A program made the position numbers and the translations under genes. 64,000 nt of DNA from Eledone cirrhosa (lineage: Eukaryota): NCBI GenBank assembly GCA_964016885.1, contig OZ024742.1:38378001-38442000 (forward strand), read 5' to 3'. The notes beneath the pieces are model-generated. The model was not told where the DNA came from and did not search any database. It saw only the letters and a list, made by a program, of their open reading frames with translations. How positions within the stretch are numbered: position 1 is the first letter of the stretch; each line of letters begins with the position of its first letter. This document shows, piece by piece, positions 25,601 through 38,397 of this stretch.

Positions 25601-26753
25601 TTTATCAATATGAGCAAAGAACAAAAGTTATAGCAATTTATTAAATAATGTTTGTGTTTAAATAAGAATTTGATTACACATAAGGTCAATATTTGTAGGG
25701 GTGGGGCTAGTAAATTGAATCAAAAGCAGTATACTTCTAGTGTTACCCTTATTTAATGTTTGTTCTTCCATATGGGGGAGGGAGGTATGGCTCACTTGCA
25801 TATGTTCCAGTTTTGGCTTGGTTTCTACAGCTGGATGCCCTTTTTAACACCAACAACTTCCCTGTGTTTCATTATTCTTGGTGCCACCATTCCTGCCATC
25901 TCATAATACCTACTTAGGAACATTGAATTAAAAAAAGGATTTTCTATCTCACATATGTTATTCAGTAATTTGTAAACATGCTTTTTTTTTTCAGGCTGAT
26001 ATTCAACAAGACATCATGAATATTCTTGAAACAGACAGTGAAGCATTTTCACGGCGGGCAGCAGCTAAGTTTCTTCTGAAGTTGTCCAAAAATCTACAGT
26101 GTGGTGATCAACTTAAATCTGTTCATGAAGTGATGTTCAACGTGTTACAGAATGACCTGGATTGGGAGGTGAAAAAGCTCAGTGTCAAATACTGGGAAAG
26201 CATTGTTAATTCTGAACAGATGTCTATTTTGCAAAGTTCAGCCAGCATTCCATCATATGCAGCTGAGTTAGTCATGTCAGAAGAGAAATGTGAAGCTTGT
26301 ATAAACTGTAAGATACTTAAGATGCTCTCTAAGCTTCAGCATATGAGCTGCCTAGATTCTTTACTTTTGGCTTATCGAGATTGTGACTACAGTGTGCAAG
26401 AGGAAGCTGGCCAAGTCCTTGTTAATATGAAGAAATTTCTGTCTGAACATATTAAACTCGAGAACATTGGCCAATGTCTTGTTAAACCAGAAAATATGAA
26501 CACACAGGACTTGTACCGGTGTTGTAGCAAAGATTGCTGTCATTCCTGTGAAAAGTCTGCAAAAAAACATAAAGGTGTAGCTTTTATAGAAATGCTTTCC
26601 AGCCTTGATATAAGCAGTTATTTAGAGGACTGTCAGATGAACTGTGACTTGTATATAAAAAACCCACTGTCTTTGATTGAAGACATACTTGCTGATTGTG
26701 ATGATAGTGAAATGAGTGAGGAGGATGATGAAAATGTTTTGGATTGTTATTAA
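6412..26753 (+). CDS. BRAT1: BRCA1-associated ATM activator 1 (Integrator INTS9/INTS11 assembly factor), complete 10-exon CDS, 867 aa
   Basis: Exons 6412-6580, 9232-9528, 11415-11802, 12684-12791, 13755-13965, 20846-21020, 22766-22860, 24487-24718, 25149-25318, 25995-26753; total 2604 nt with matching phases. BRAT1 motifs DDTSLQKL, LCHPQWEIRDSAMEFL, DGESYVRA, DSEAFSRRAA, DLDWEVK and terminal DCY. Confidence 0.92.
6620..6862 (+). mobile_element. tRNA-derived CORE-type SINE (family 3)
   Basis: A-box-like TGGCTTAGTTGTTAG, B-box-like GTTCGATT, then CCTTGAGCAAGAC core; related copies near 4520-4770, 58255-58500 (minus) and 59395-59690. Confidence 0.65.
7053..7604. mobile_element. Foldback MITE with 8-bp TSD, Merlin-like
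   Basis: About 85-bp TIRs GGCAC...GTGCC, exact TSD GAATTATT at 7045-7052 and 7605-7612, additional internal inverted blocks. Confidence 0.85.
7898..8630 (-). mobile_element. CRE-clade non-LTR retrotransposon, 3' fragment (restriction-like endonuclease)
   Basis: ARCRLLSASAKYSGDWVDALP..., CRCG..zinc-knuckle remnant, EPSGL..DGKRPD..W..GRCLVWDVT; frameshifted. Confidence 0.8.
8975..9160 (-). mobile_element. tRNA-derived SINE (family 2)
   Basis: Reverse copy of the 56204-56387 SINE; further copies at about 11085-11260 (-), 13409-13565 (+), 54473-54590 (-), 55105-55320 (-). Confidence 0.75.
9232..9528 (+). CDS. BRAT1: BRAT1 exon 2
   Basis: TTTTTCCAG acceptor; LLFATQIAGCLAQNE; CAG|GTAAAA donor. 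Confidence 0.88.
9996..10532. repeat. Old tandem duplication (two ~310-bp-spaced diverged units)
   Basis: CTATAGCTTATTCTTGTCTTAT, GATGGATAAAAATC and ATCACAGCTTAAAACA each occur twice in order. Confidence 0.7.
11415..11802 (+). CDS. BRAT1: BRAT1 exon 3
   Basis: TTTTGCAG acceptor; ESSIFLTKEASKFL; CA|GTAAGT donor. Confidence 0.87.
11920..12182. mobile_element. piggyBac-type MITE (second family)
   Basis: TTAA-CCCTTT ... AAAGGG-TTAA; degenerate relatives at about 417-599, 4170-4360, 21540-21740, 23300-23510, 54920-55390 and 60034-60270. Confidence 0.65.
12684..12791 (+). CDS. BRAT1: BRAT1 exon 4
   Basis: AAG acceptor is the phase-2-compatible choice; 108 nt; AG|GTCAGT donor. Confidence 0.7.
13755..13965 (+). 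CDS. BRAT1: BRAT1 exon 5
   Basis: CCTTCAG acceptor; FLSTYPDDALFSEL; CAG|GTAAAC donor. Confidence 0.8.
14005..14231. mobile_element. piggyBac-type MITE
   Basis: CCCTTTAGCATTTA ... TAAATGCTAAAGGG-TTAA; same family as 2126-2336. Confidence 0.75.
14236..14633 (+). repeat. Minisatellite, ~24-bp unit TAGTACATGGGTGTGTAATACATA (block A)
   Basis: Tandem variants read directly; the array resumes at 15248-15295 and 20384-20831. Confidence 0.92.
14634..14912 (+). mobile_element. 5'-truncated CR1-type LINE (ORF2 end + 3' UTR)
   Basis: Matches 19964-20240 of the full-length copy. Confidence 0.9.
14915..15243 (-). mobile_element. tRNA/CORE SINE with RTE-derived tail (family 1)
   Basis: Close reverse-complement match to 38398-38715. 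Confidence 0.9.
15296..20383 (+). mobile_element. Full-length decayed CR1-type LINE (ORF1 PHD-like finger + coiled coil; ORF2 APE endonuclease + RT)
   Basis: Starts AGTGTCCAAGATGGCG. ORF1 16077-17263 has a stop and frameshifts (CHIC..WVECGTC..., polyQ, RLGRPGPKPRLIKL). ORF2 ~17354-20099: LNARSL, TETW, GDFNHP, LDL, DH; YLDFAKAF, YADD, RPHLEFAS.VWNP, VAEAWNKLP. (TTA)n tail. Confidence 0.9.
20384..20831 (+). repeat. Minisatellite block C, same unit as 14236-14633
   Basis: TAGTACATGGGTGTGTAATATATA tandem array ending 14 nt before BRAT1 exon 6. Confidence 0.92.
20846..21020 (+). CDS. BRAT1: BRAT1 exon 6
   Basis: TTTTCTTTCAG acceptor; open frame KESIRTTIKLAIACFLK...FFQKLA; CAG|GTAATT donor. Confidence 0.8.
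21905..22270 (-). mobile_element. RTE LINE 3' UTR-only copy (family B)
   Basis: Close match to 33793-34160 including the (CAT)n tail. Confidence 0.85.
22766..22860 (+). CDS. BRAT1: BRAT1 exon 7
   Basis: TTTGCAG acceptor; FKSEFLLNQDCHVTLINIL; TTG|GTAAGT donor. Confidence 0.8.
22925..23290 (+). mobile_element. Degenerate RTE fragment
   Basis: Remnants of LHGSETW, LERNE and RLxWY; interrupted by a reverse RTE tail at 23078-23125. Confidence 0.65.
24487..24718 (+). CDS. BRAT1: BRAT1 exon 8
   Basis: CATAG acceptor; LCHPQWEIRDSAMEFL; A|GTAAGT donor. Confidence 0.92.
25149..25318 (+). CDS. BRAT1: BRAT1 exon 9
   Basis: CTCACAG acceptor; LSDGESYVRATCI; CAG|GTCAGT donor. Confidence 0.92.
25995..26753 (+). 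CDS. BRAT1: BRAT1 exon 10 (terminal)
   Basis: Poly-T CAG acceptor; DSEAFSRRAA, DLDWEVK, ends ENVLDCY-TAA; AATAAA at 26772. Confidence 0.94.
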   Translation, partial: ADIQQDIMNILETDSEAFSRRAAAKFLLKLSKNLQCGDQLKSVHEVMFNVLQNDLDWEVKKLSVKYWESIVNSEQMSILQSSASIPSYAAELVMSEEKCEACINCKILKMLSKLQHMSCLDSLLLAYRDCDYSVQEEAGQVLVNMKKFLSEHIKLENIGQCLVKPENMNTQDLYRCCSKDCCHSCEKSAKKHKGVAFIEMLSSLDISSYLEDCQMNCDLYIKNPLSLIEDILADCDDSEMSEEDDENVLDCY

Positions 26754-27435
26754 ATTTACATTGGCATAAAAAATAAATATTAAAAAAAAACACATTTTCC
26801 TGGTATCCATTTGATCATTGTTCCTTTATGCTAGCATGGATTAGTTGGGTCTGCTCTTAATCAGAGCCACTGACTTACATATTTTCCAGTACTTTACCCC
26901 TCCCCCTTCCATAATCTTCCCCAGTCTACACTGAAGTGGTCCTTACGATACCACGACAAAAAGTGCCCAGTCCACACTGTAAATGTGGCTGGTGTTAGGA
27001 AGGGCTACCAGGCCAGAAACAGTTCTGGGACAACTTGTCTAACACATACACCAGTATTAGGGAGACTGATAGTCATCTGAACCCATTGTTTCGATGATAG
27101 ATATATAAATTAAAAAACCAGTACATTTTTTAAAAAAAGTTTCTTTTAAACATGCTACTGAAATTATTAAATTCTATTGTATTTGAGAGTTCAATCTACT
27201 TTACAGTCTACGCAATGACAGTTATAACAATAATACATCAGACATAATTGGCACAAGCTTGAATAATAAATACAACAATACATAAGATATATTAGAATAA
27301 CTATTCAATAGCAGATATACAACAGCTTTAACACTTGATACCAAACTAGTTCAATTGCAGCTTCATAGGTTTAATACTGCTGTTTATTTTAAAGTGTTCA
27401 TATTTGTCTAAAAACCTATCTAAAAATTCATTAGA

Positions 27436-29452
27436 AATCATCATTATTATTGTTGTTGGGGCGGTGAATTGGCAGGGTCGGACGCCATGCTTTGACGCAT
27501 AGAGTTACGGCCCTTGCCATTCTGAGTTCAAATCCCGCTAAGGTTAACTAACTTTGCCTTTCATCCTTACGGGGTCGATAAAATAAAGTACCAGTAATGT
27601 ACTGGGTAATTGCTGGCCTTGTGCCAATAGTAGAAACAATTATTGTTGTTGTTAAACATTCATTTTCCACACTAGCATGGGCTGTCCCTTTGTGAGAGAT
27701 CAGGCTGGAGGACTGTTTTGCACAGGCAGGGCTGATTTTGGCTTGGTTTCTATGGCCAGATGCCCTTCCTAACATCAACCACATTTACAGTGTGTGCTTT
27801 TTGTTGTGACATCTACATGACCACTTTACAGTGTTGACTGGGCACTTTTGTCGTGGCTCCCGAGGGACTAGTCCGTGGTGTTGGGAAATTGCGGACGTAG
27901 GTATAAGGGAGAGATGATTAAGCCTGCCCACTCCATAGCTACCATCAACTTTGAGCACCTTTTTATACAGCTGTCATCCTTCATACGCATCACATGTCCA
28001 TGCCAATGCAATCTCTTCTGCATGCAACATCTGATCCCTCTCTTATGCCTAATTTCTCACAGTTCATTTATGCTTTGCTGTTGCACTTCCATTGAAGCAT
28101 GGAGGCTTCATTTCTTTCCAATCTTTGCAGGTCCTCAGCACACAGTGTTCAGGTCTTGCTGCTGTGCAACGTTGTTTGTATATATACATCATAGAGTCTG
28201 CCTTTCATTTTGAAGGAAAAACGTTTTGTAGTTAGCAGTGGTAGGAGTTCCTTGAACTTTCTCCAACCCAATCTCACTCAGGCTACTCTGATTTGGTCAC
28301 CCAGGTAACAAAAACTATTTACCACTTCTACTGAGCCCTCTGGGCATTTGGAGGTGATTGTATCCTGAGGGCTCTTGCTTCTTACTGCCCCTGCGCACTG
28401 GCCACATGTAAAAACCTACATTCTTTGTTAGCCTGCCTGAGATCCTACTACATCTTGTGTACCCATTGCTTGCATTTGGGACATAGAATGGAATTCCTAC
28501 CTACTCCTTTTCTGCACACTGAGCAGGGCTATTTCCCTGAGGAGTTCTGGAGCCTGTTTTCCCTTCTACTTACTAGGGCTTTAGTCTTTGCCAAGTTGAC
28601 TCTAAGACCTTTAGATTCTAGGCTGTGCTTCCAGGTTTGGAATGTCAACTATAGATCCGGCTATAAGGGTTAAGACATCAGCATACAGAAGTTCCCATGG
28701 CCAGCCTCTCTCAAACTCCCCTGTTCTTGTCTGCAGAACAATAATAAACAGGAGGGGGGCTAAGAACTGAGCCCTGGTGGACACCAACCTGCACACACAA
28801 TTCTTCGCTATAGTCATTGTTAATTCTGACCTTGCTGACTGTTCTATACATAGCTTGTACTGCCCTCACAAGCCATTCAACTCCTAGTTTTCTAAGAGTC
28901 CATCAAATAATGGAACGGGGGGGGGGGGGGGGGGGGACTGCCAAAAGCCAAAAGGGATTTACTCTTAGCTAGGTATTTCTCCTGCAGTGGTTTTACAAGA
29001 AAGAGGGCATCTGTGGTACTTTTACCTAGGACAGATCCAAACTGCATCTCATCTAGGTTAACCTGTTTCCTAATCAGCTGAGTTATGACTCTTTCAGAGA
29101 CTATAACCTAGACAACCAACTTAATGCCTCAATAGTTTTCTCTATCTAGAGCTTCATCTTTGCACTTGTAGCAGTTTACGATGATGATGCTGCTGCTGCT
29201 CCAGTCATTGGATATGACACCATTTTGTACAACTTGGTTTACAATGCAGGAGACTATGGTGTGACCCACCATACCTGAAGCTTTCAGCATGTCAGCAACT
29301 ATCTCTGAGGTACCAGCTGCCCAGCCAAACTTCATATCCTCGATTGCCTTACTATACAACTGCTAACTTGTACAGCCGGCCCTCTGTTGGGTTGACATGA
29401 GACAAACTTTCTTCTTCCCATGCACTCGCCTCATTCAGTAATCTTTCATGGT
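27436..29452 (-). mobile_element. Old degenerate RTE LINE with a family-2 SINE (27459-27638, +) nested in its tail
   Basis: GWPWELLYAD, IVNCYKCKDEALDRENY remnants; SINE flanked by ATTATTGTTGTTG duplication. Confidence 0.8.
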
Positions 29453-29936
29453 AACAAAAAGATTAATATTACAATTCATTATAAAAACACTTATACAACA
29501 CATCAATTTAATTCCTAATTACAGGTACAAGAACAAATATAATCAATCAAAACCAATCCAATCAATAATTATATTAACAGTCAAAGTCACTGCCCTACTT
29601 AACAGTAGATGGGTTTGAAACTACTTCATGCTTGCAGTCTAGAATTTTTGCATTGTTTATACAGTTGGATACTTTTTCTGACACCAACCACTTAATAGAG
29701 TTCATTTTATCATGGCACCAGCACTAGAGATTGTCATGTCCTCTTTACCCTGTATTGTTTCTATTTGATCATCAACCACTTAAATGATATCCATTCTGCT
29801 TGTTACAGATGTTTTTTTTTAAGTCTTCAAAACACTATAGGTTGTAGTGATATCCAACTTTTCCTGTCTTCTGATCCATTTAGTGCTACACTATCGAAAA
29901 ACAAACTGTGACATGTTCTACCTAGATTGTGATCTT

Positions 29937-30136
29937 NNNNNNNNNNNNNNNNNNNNNNNNNNNNNNNNNNNNNNNNNNNNNNNNNNNNNNNNNNNNNNNN
30001 NNNNNNNNNNNNNNNNNNNNNNNNNNNNNNNNNNNNNNNNNNNNNNNNNNNNNNNNNNNNNNNNNNNNNNNNNNNNNNNNNNNNNNNNNNNNNNNNNNNN
30101 NNNNNNNNNNNNNNNNNNNNNNNNNNNNNNNNNNNN
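29937..30136. other. Assembly gap (200 N)
   Basis: Run of N. Confidence 1.
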
Positions 30137-31717
<1,581 letters not shown>

Positions 31718-31719
<2 letters not shown>

Positions 31720-32824
31720 AGTAGGAGTACATCAGGGTTCGGTCCTCAGCCCGCTCTTGTTCATTATAGTCCTCCAAGCCATAACAGAGGAGTTTAAGAC
31801 TGGCTGTCCATGGGAACTTCTCTATGCTGACGATCTGGCTCTTATGGCAGAATCAGTAGAGGAGCTAGAGAATAAATTCCGGCTATGGAAACAGCAGTTG
31901 GAAGCAAGAGGACTGAGAGTAAATCTAGCAAAGACAAAAGTGTTGATGAGTAGAAAAGAGCACAAAACCCTGATTCCGTCAGTGAAATGGCCATGTTCGA
32001 TATGCAGAAAAGGAACTGGCATAAATTCTATAAAATGCACACAATGTAGGTCCTGGGTACACAAGAGATGTAGCGGGATAGCAGGCAAACTAACAGGTAG
32101 GGAGAAATATGTATGCAGTAGATGTACAGGGAAGTTAGACAGTAGAAGTCGTACTGATAGACACATTTTTCAAATGCAAGAGGGCGCTATAGAAGTGGTG
32201 GATAGCTTCCGGTACCTAGGAGATCAGATTAGCATGGGAGGAGGGTGTTCCGAGGCCATAGTATCTAGAATAAGGACGGGTTGGAAGAAGTTTAGGGAGC
32301 TGCTTCCTCCGTTGACGAAGAAGGGTTTCTCCCTGCGTACGAAAGGCCGGTTGTATGATGCCTGTGTGAGGAGCGCGATGCTGCATGGTAGTGAGACATG
32401 GGCAGCTACCGTAGAAGATATGCGACGGCTGGAGAGAAATGAGGCAAGCATGCTCCGTTGGATGTGCAGTGTAAATGTGCGTGAACGACCCAGCATAAAT
32501 GTGTTGAGAGAGAAACTGTGTCTGAGAGGGATAGAATGTAGTGTACGGGAGAGGAGACTGAGGTGGTATGGACATGTGATGCGCATGGAGGATGACCGAT
32601 GGGTGAAGAAGTGCCAGGAAATGCCAGTTGAAGGAAGACGTGGTAGAGGTAGACCACGAAAAACATGGGCAGAGGTGGTGAGAACAGACCTCAGATCATT
32701 GAAGCTCACGGTGGAGATGACGAGGGACCGTGACGAGTGGAGAGATGCTGTGCTGAATAAGACCCGTCCCACCCTTGCAAGCAGGGAAAAGCGGACGTAA
32801 AATGATGACGATGATGATGATGAT
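31718..32824 (+). mobile_element. 5'-truncated RTE LINE (family A), intact frame
   Basis: GVHQGSVLSPLLF, LYADD, PHD-like insert, FRYLG, LHGSETW, RRLRWYGHV, GRPRKTW; (GAT)n tail. Confidence 0.93.
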
Positions 32825-33277
32825 ATATATATATATATATAATATATATATATATAATATATATATATATAATATATATATAATATATATATATATATAA
32901 TATATATATATAATATATAAATAATATATATATAATATATATATATATAATATATATATATATATAATATATATGTAATATATATATATACAATGTATAT
33001 AATATATATATATAATATATATATATATATAATATATATATATAATATATATATATAATATATATATAATATATATATATACAATGTATATATATATATA
33101 TATATAATATATATATATAATATATAATATATATATATATAACATATATATATATATATAATATATATATATATAATATATATATATATATAATGTATAT
33201 ATATATATAATATATATATATAATATATATATATATATATAATATATATATATAACATATATATATATATATAATAT

Positions 33278-33309
<32 letters not shown>

Positions 33310-33402
33310 ATATATATATATATATAATATATATATATAATATAATATATATATATATATAATATATATATATATATAATATATATATATAATATAATAT
33401 AT

Positions 33403-33438
<36 letters not shown>

Positions 33439-33792
33439 AATATAATTTATATAAATATATATATATATATATATAAAATATATATATATATATATATATA
33501 AAATATATATAAATATATATATATATAATATAAATATATATATATATAAAATATATATAAAATATATATATATATATAAAATATATATATATAAAATATA
33601 TATAAAATATATATATATATATATATAAAATATATATATATATATATATAAAATATATATATATATATATATATAAAATATATATATATATATATATAAA
33701 ATATATATATATATATATATATAAAATATATATATATATATATAAAATATATATATATATATATAAAATATATATATATATATATAAAATAT
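32825..33792. repeat. (TA)n array
   Basis: Switches from TAAT to TAAAAT interruptions near 33440-33480. Confidence 0.97.
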
Positions 33793-36670
33793 CATCATCA
33801 TCATCATCATCATCAGCGTTTAACGTCCGTGTTCCACGCTTGCATGGGTTTGGACGGGGGTAGTCCCACTTGAGGCAAGAGTGATTGTCTTGCTCGCATA
33901 GGACTGTCTGGCAGGTTTTCTACAGTTGGATGCCCTTCCTAACACCAACCACATTTACAGTGTGGGTCTGGGAGGTTTTTACCGTGTTGCCTACACGGCC
34001 ACATTACAGCGTGGACTGTGTGTTTTTTTGTCGTGACACCTACACGATCTCATTTGTTTCGGCCTCGATGGCGCGGCACCAACATAACTTTACATAGAAC
34101 GGGGTGGTGTGGATCGGGTGGGGGTGGTGGGACGGGGTGTATTTGTTAGAGATGCCTACTGGCTGGAGTAGGTTTTACTATATATTTAGGTAAGGCGGGT
34201 CTTCTCTGTTACTGAGTACCGCCAAAGGTCTCGGTCCAGTGACATTGTCTTGGAGAGGTGTAAGTGTGTGATGTCGGAGTTCATCAGCTCGTCCCAGGTT
34301 TTTCTAGGTCTGCCTATTCCGTGACTACCGTCTATCTTTATTGCCCTGCACTTTGTTATACAGCTATCGACTTTCATGCGCATCACGTGTCCATACCAAC
34401 GTAGCCTTCTCTCGAGTAAACAACATCTGATCCCTCTTATCTCTAATTTATTCCTTAGTTCGTTTATGCTTTGCCGTTCACGTATATTACTGTTACACAT
34501 CCAGCGGAGCATGCAAGCTTCGTTCCTCTCTAGTCTGCGTATATCCTCTGCACACAATGCCCAGGTCTCACTGCCATGCAGCATTGCTGTTCGTATGCAG
34601 GCATCGTACAACCTGCCTTTCATTTTTAGTGAGAACCCTTTAGCAGCTAATAGTGGTATAAGCTCTCTGAACTTTTTCCAACCAGTTCTGACTCTAGCTA
34701 CAGTACTTTCAGAGCACCCTCCCCCACTGCTGATTTTATCGCCCAGGTAACGGAAGCTGTCCACTATTTCTATAGAACCCTCTGCGCAATTGAAAGAGCT
34801 AGTAGTTTGTGGGCACTTGCTGCTACTTATTGCACCAGAGCACCGGCCACATGTAAAATCTATGTTCTTAGTTAGCCTACCTGTGATCCCACTACATCTT
34901 TTATGCACCCATACTTTGCATTTAGGACATAAAATGGAGTTTCTACCTACGCCTTTCCTACACACCGAGCACGACCATTTCCCAGAAGGGACCGCCGCCT
35001 TGTTTTCTTTCCTACAAACTAGTACTTTGGTCTTAGCCAGGTTAATTTTAAGTCCTTTTGACTCTAGGCCGTGCTTCCATGTTTGGAATTTCTTCTCTAG
35101 CTCGGCCATTGATTCCGCTATGAGTGTCAGGTCGTCTGCGTATAGGAGTTCCCATGGGCAGCCTGTCTTGAACTCCTCTGTTATGGCCTGAAGGGCAACA
35201 ATAAATAGTAGTGGACTGAGAACAGAGCCCTGATGGACGCCGACTTTTACGCTAAACTCTTCACTATATTCGTTGTTAATTCTAACCTTGCTGACTGTTT
35301 CTTTATACATGGCTTGTATAGCCCTCACAAGCCATTCGTCAACGCCTAGTTTTCTAAGAGCCCACCAGATAATGGAGCGGGGGACTCTGTCGAAGGCTTT
35401 CTCCAAGTCGACAAAAGCTAAGTAGAGGGGTTTACCTTTAGCTAGGTACTTCTCTTGTAGTTGTCGTACTATGAAAAGAGCGTCTGTGGTACTTTTGCCT
35501 GACACAAACCCGAACTGCATTTCATCTAGGTCAATTCTCTCTCTGATTAGCTGCGCTATTACTCTTTCCGTGACCTTCATGACCTGGTCGATTAATTTAA
35601 TGCCTCTATAGTTACTCCTATCTAGGGCGTCTCCTTTACCCTTATAACAGTTAACGATGATGCTGCTATGCCAGTCCTTCGGAACAACCCCGTTTTGTAC
35701 GACTTGGTTAACTATGCGGGTGACCATGGTGTGTCCCACCGTGCCAGATGCCTTCAGCATCTCAGCAACTATTTCCGAAGGCCCAGCCGCCTTACCAGTC
35801 TTCATATCCTTGATTGCCTTACTTATTATACTCCCCTCGACTAACACTGCTGGTCCCTCTATTGGGTCGATATGGGGGAGACTGCCTTTCTCCCAATTAT
35901 TCTCCTCATTTAGAAGCCTTTCATAGTGACACTTCCAAGCTACCTTCTTATCAGCGTCGGTGATGGCAAGTGTGCCATCGTCGTTTAGTACACACTTCTC
36001 CCCGACAATATCACGGTTTTCCTTGACGCATTGCCTAGCAATCCTGAACACCTCACGTTTTTGGTCATCGCGTTGTAGAACATGCTTGAACTTTCTTTCC
36101 TCAGCTTCCCTTCTTGCTAAGTACACTTGTCTCCTAGCTTCCCTCCTGGCCACTTGATAGTCCTCTCTACTTCCCCCATCCCGCCATACTTTCCAAGCCT
36201 GCTTTTTGGCCTTAATTGACCCCTCCACCTTACTGTTCCACCACCATGTTACTCTCCTCCTGCCTACAGGCCTGCTCCAGCCACAGACCTCGTCTGTCGC
36301 CAACAGCAGGTTTGCTTTCAGAAATTCCCACTCTCCCTCTATATTGTCCGACTCTAAATGTTCTTCCTTACTGTCGAAAGCATCAAGTAATATGCTTTGA
36401 AATTTATTCCTGGCTGTGGGGTCCTTTAACTTCCATATTTTCCTCCTGAGGATAGTCCTCTTCTGTTGTCGAGTACGTCTCGTCCTGACTATGAGGTCGC
36501 TAATTATCAGTCTATGTTGGGAGGTGCATTCTTCATGGGGGAGGGATTTAGTGTTAACAACAGACACTCTGTCACGTCTTCTGGTAAGGATATAATCTAC
36601 CTGGCTTGTGTGTTCCCCGGATCTATAGGTGATCAGGTGATTGTCACGTTTTTTGAAGTTAGTGTTACAG
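33793..36670 (-). mobile_element. 5'-truncated RTE LINE (family B) with 793-codon uninterrupted ORF2
   Basis: APE C-end (IDY, SQHRL), WWWN, RT (QFGF, FVDLEKAFD, QGSVLSP, YADD), PHD-like insert, ~390-bp 3' UTR, (GAT)n tail. Confidence 0.95.
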
Positions 36671-36902
36671 ATATATAAAATATATATATATATATATAAA
36701 ATATATATATATATATATAAAATATATATATATATATATATAAAATATATATATATATATATATAAAATATATATATATATATAAAATATATATATATAT
36801 ATAAAATATATATATATATATAAAATATATATATATATATAAAATATATATATATATATAAAATATATATATATATATATAAAATATATATATATATATA
36901 AA

Positions 36903-36934
<32 letters not shown>

Positions 36935-37109
36935 TATATATATATATAAAATATATATATATATATATAAAATATATATATATATATATATAAAATATAT
37001 ATATATATATATAAAATATATATATATATATATAAAATATATATATATATATATAAAATATATATATATATATATAAAATATATATATATATATATAAAA
37101 TATATATAT

Positions 37110-37786
37110 CATCATCATCATCATCATCATCACCGTTTTACGTCCGTTCTTCCACGCTAGCATGGGTTAGACGGGTTGTCCTGTTGTGGGCAGTGTCTGG
37201 TCGGCTGACCATGCCTTGCTCATACAGGAACTGATCTGGCTTGATTTCTACAGCTGGATGCCCTTCCTAACACCAACCTCATTTACAGTGAGTGCTGGGT
37301 GCTTTTTCGTGGCGCCTACACGTCCACTTTACAGTGTGGGCTGGGTGCTTTTTTGCCATGGCACCTCCACGACCACCTTGCGGTGGGGGGGGGGGGGGGC
37401 ATATTGTTTATATGCTTCAGCATGTACCCATGGGAGGTCGGGTACCCTGTATTACTGCGTGACGCCAGAAGTCACGGTCGTGTGTCATTGACTTTGAGAG
37501 GTGTAGTTGGGTAAGGTCGGCTTTTATCACCTCATCCCAAGTCATCTTGGGTCTCCCCACTCCGCGGTTTCCATCAACTTCTAGTGCTCTGCACCTTTTT
37601 ATGCAGCTGTCATCCTTCATACGCATCACATGTCCATACCAGCGTAACCGCCTCTCCTGCACGCAGCATTTGATTCCTCTTATGCTCAGTCTCTCTCTCA
37701 ATTCATTTATGCTTTGTCGTTCACGTATATTACTGTTACACATCCATCGGATCATGCAGGCTTCGTTTCTCTCTAATCTACGTAAG
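37110..37786 (-). mobile_element. 5'-truncated RTE LINE (family C)
   Basis: ORF2 C-terminus ...AVIQGTRPPMGTC, 3' UTR and (GAT)n tail. Confidence 0.92.
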
Positions 37787-38059
37787 TATATATATATATA
37801 TATAAAATATATATATATATATATAAAATATATATATATATATATAAAATATATATATATATATATAAAATATATATATATATATATAAAATATATATAT
37901 ATATATATATAAAATATATATATATATATATAAAATATATATATATATAAAATATATATATATAAAATATATATATATAAAATATATATATATATATATA
38001 AAATATATATATATATATATAAAATATATATATATAAAATATATATATATATATATAAA

Positions 38060-38091
<32 letters not shown>

Positions 38092-38124
38092 TATATATAA
38101 AATATATATATATATATATATAAA

Positions 38125-38241
<117 letters not shown>

Positions 38242-38397
38242 TATATATATATATATATAAAATATATATATATATATATATATAAAATATATATATATAT
38301 ATATATAAAATATATATATATATATATAAAATATATATATATATATATATAAAATATATATATATATATATATAAAATATATATATATATATATATA

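Noticed and set aside
28917-28937. Poly-G runs (also 37385-37399 and 53876-53892) as G-quadruplex elements
   Set aside because: Homopolymers inside decayed repeats; lengths unreliable
34186-36567. Domesticated RT gene or active element
   Set aside because: 5'-truncated within the endonuclease and retains UTR and tail; the intact frame is explained by recent insertion
34376-36678. Plus-strand ORFs antisense to RTE ORF2 (similar cases over the CR1 and Tx1)
   Set aside because: Shadow frames of the retroelement coding strand with no independent motifs
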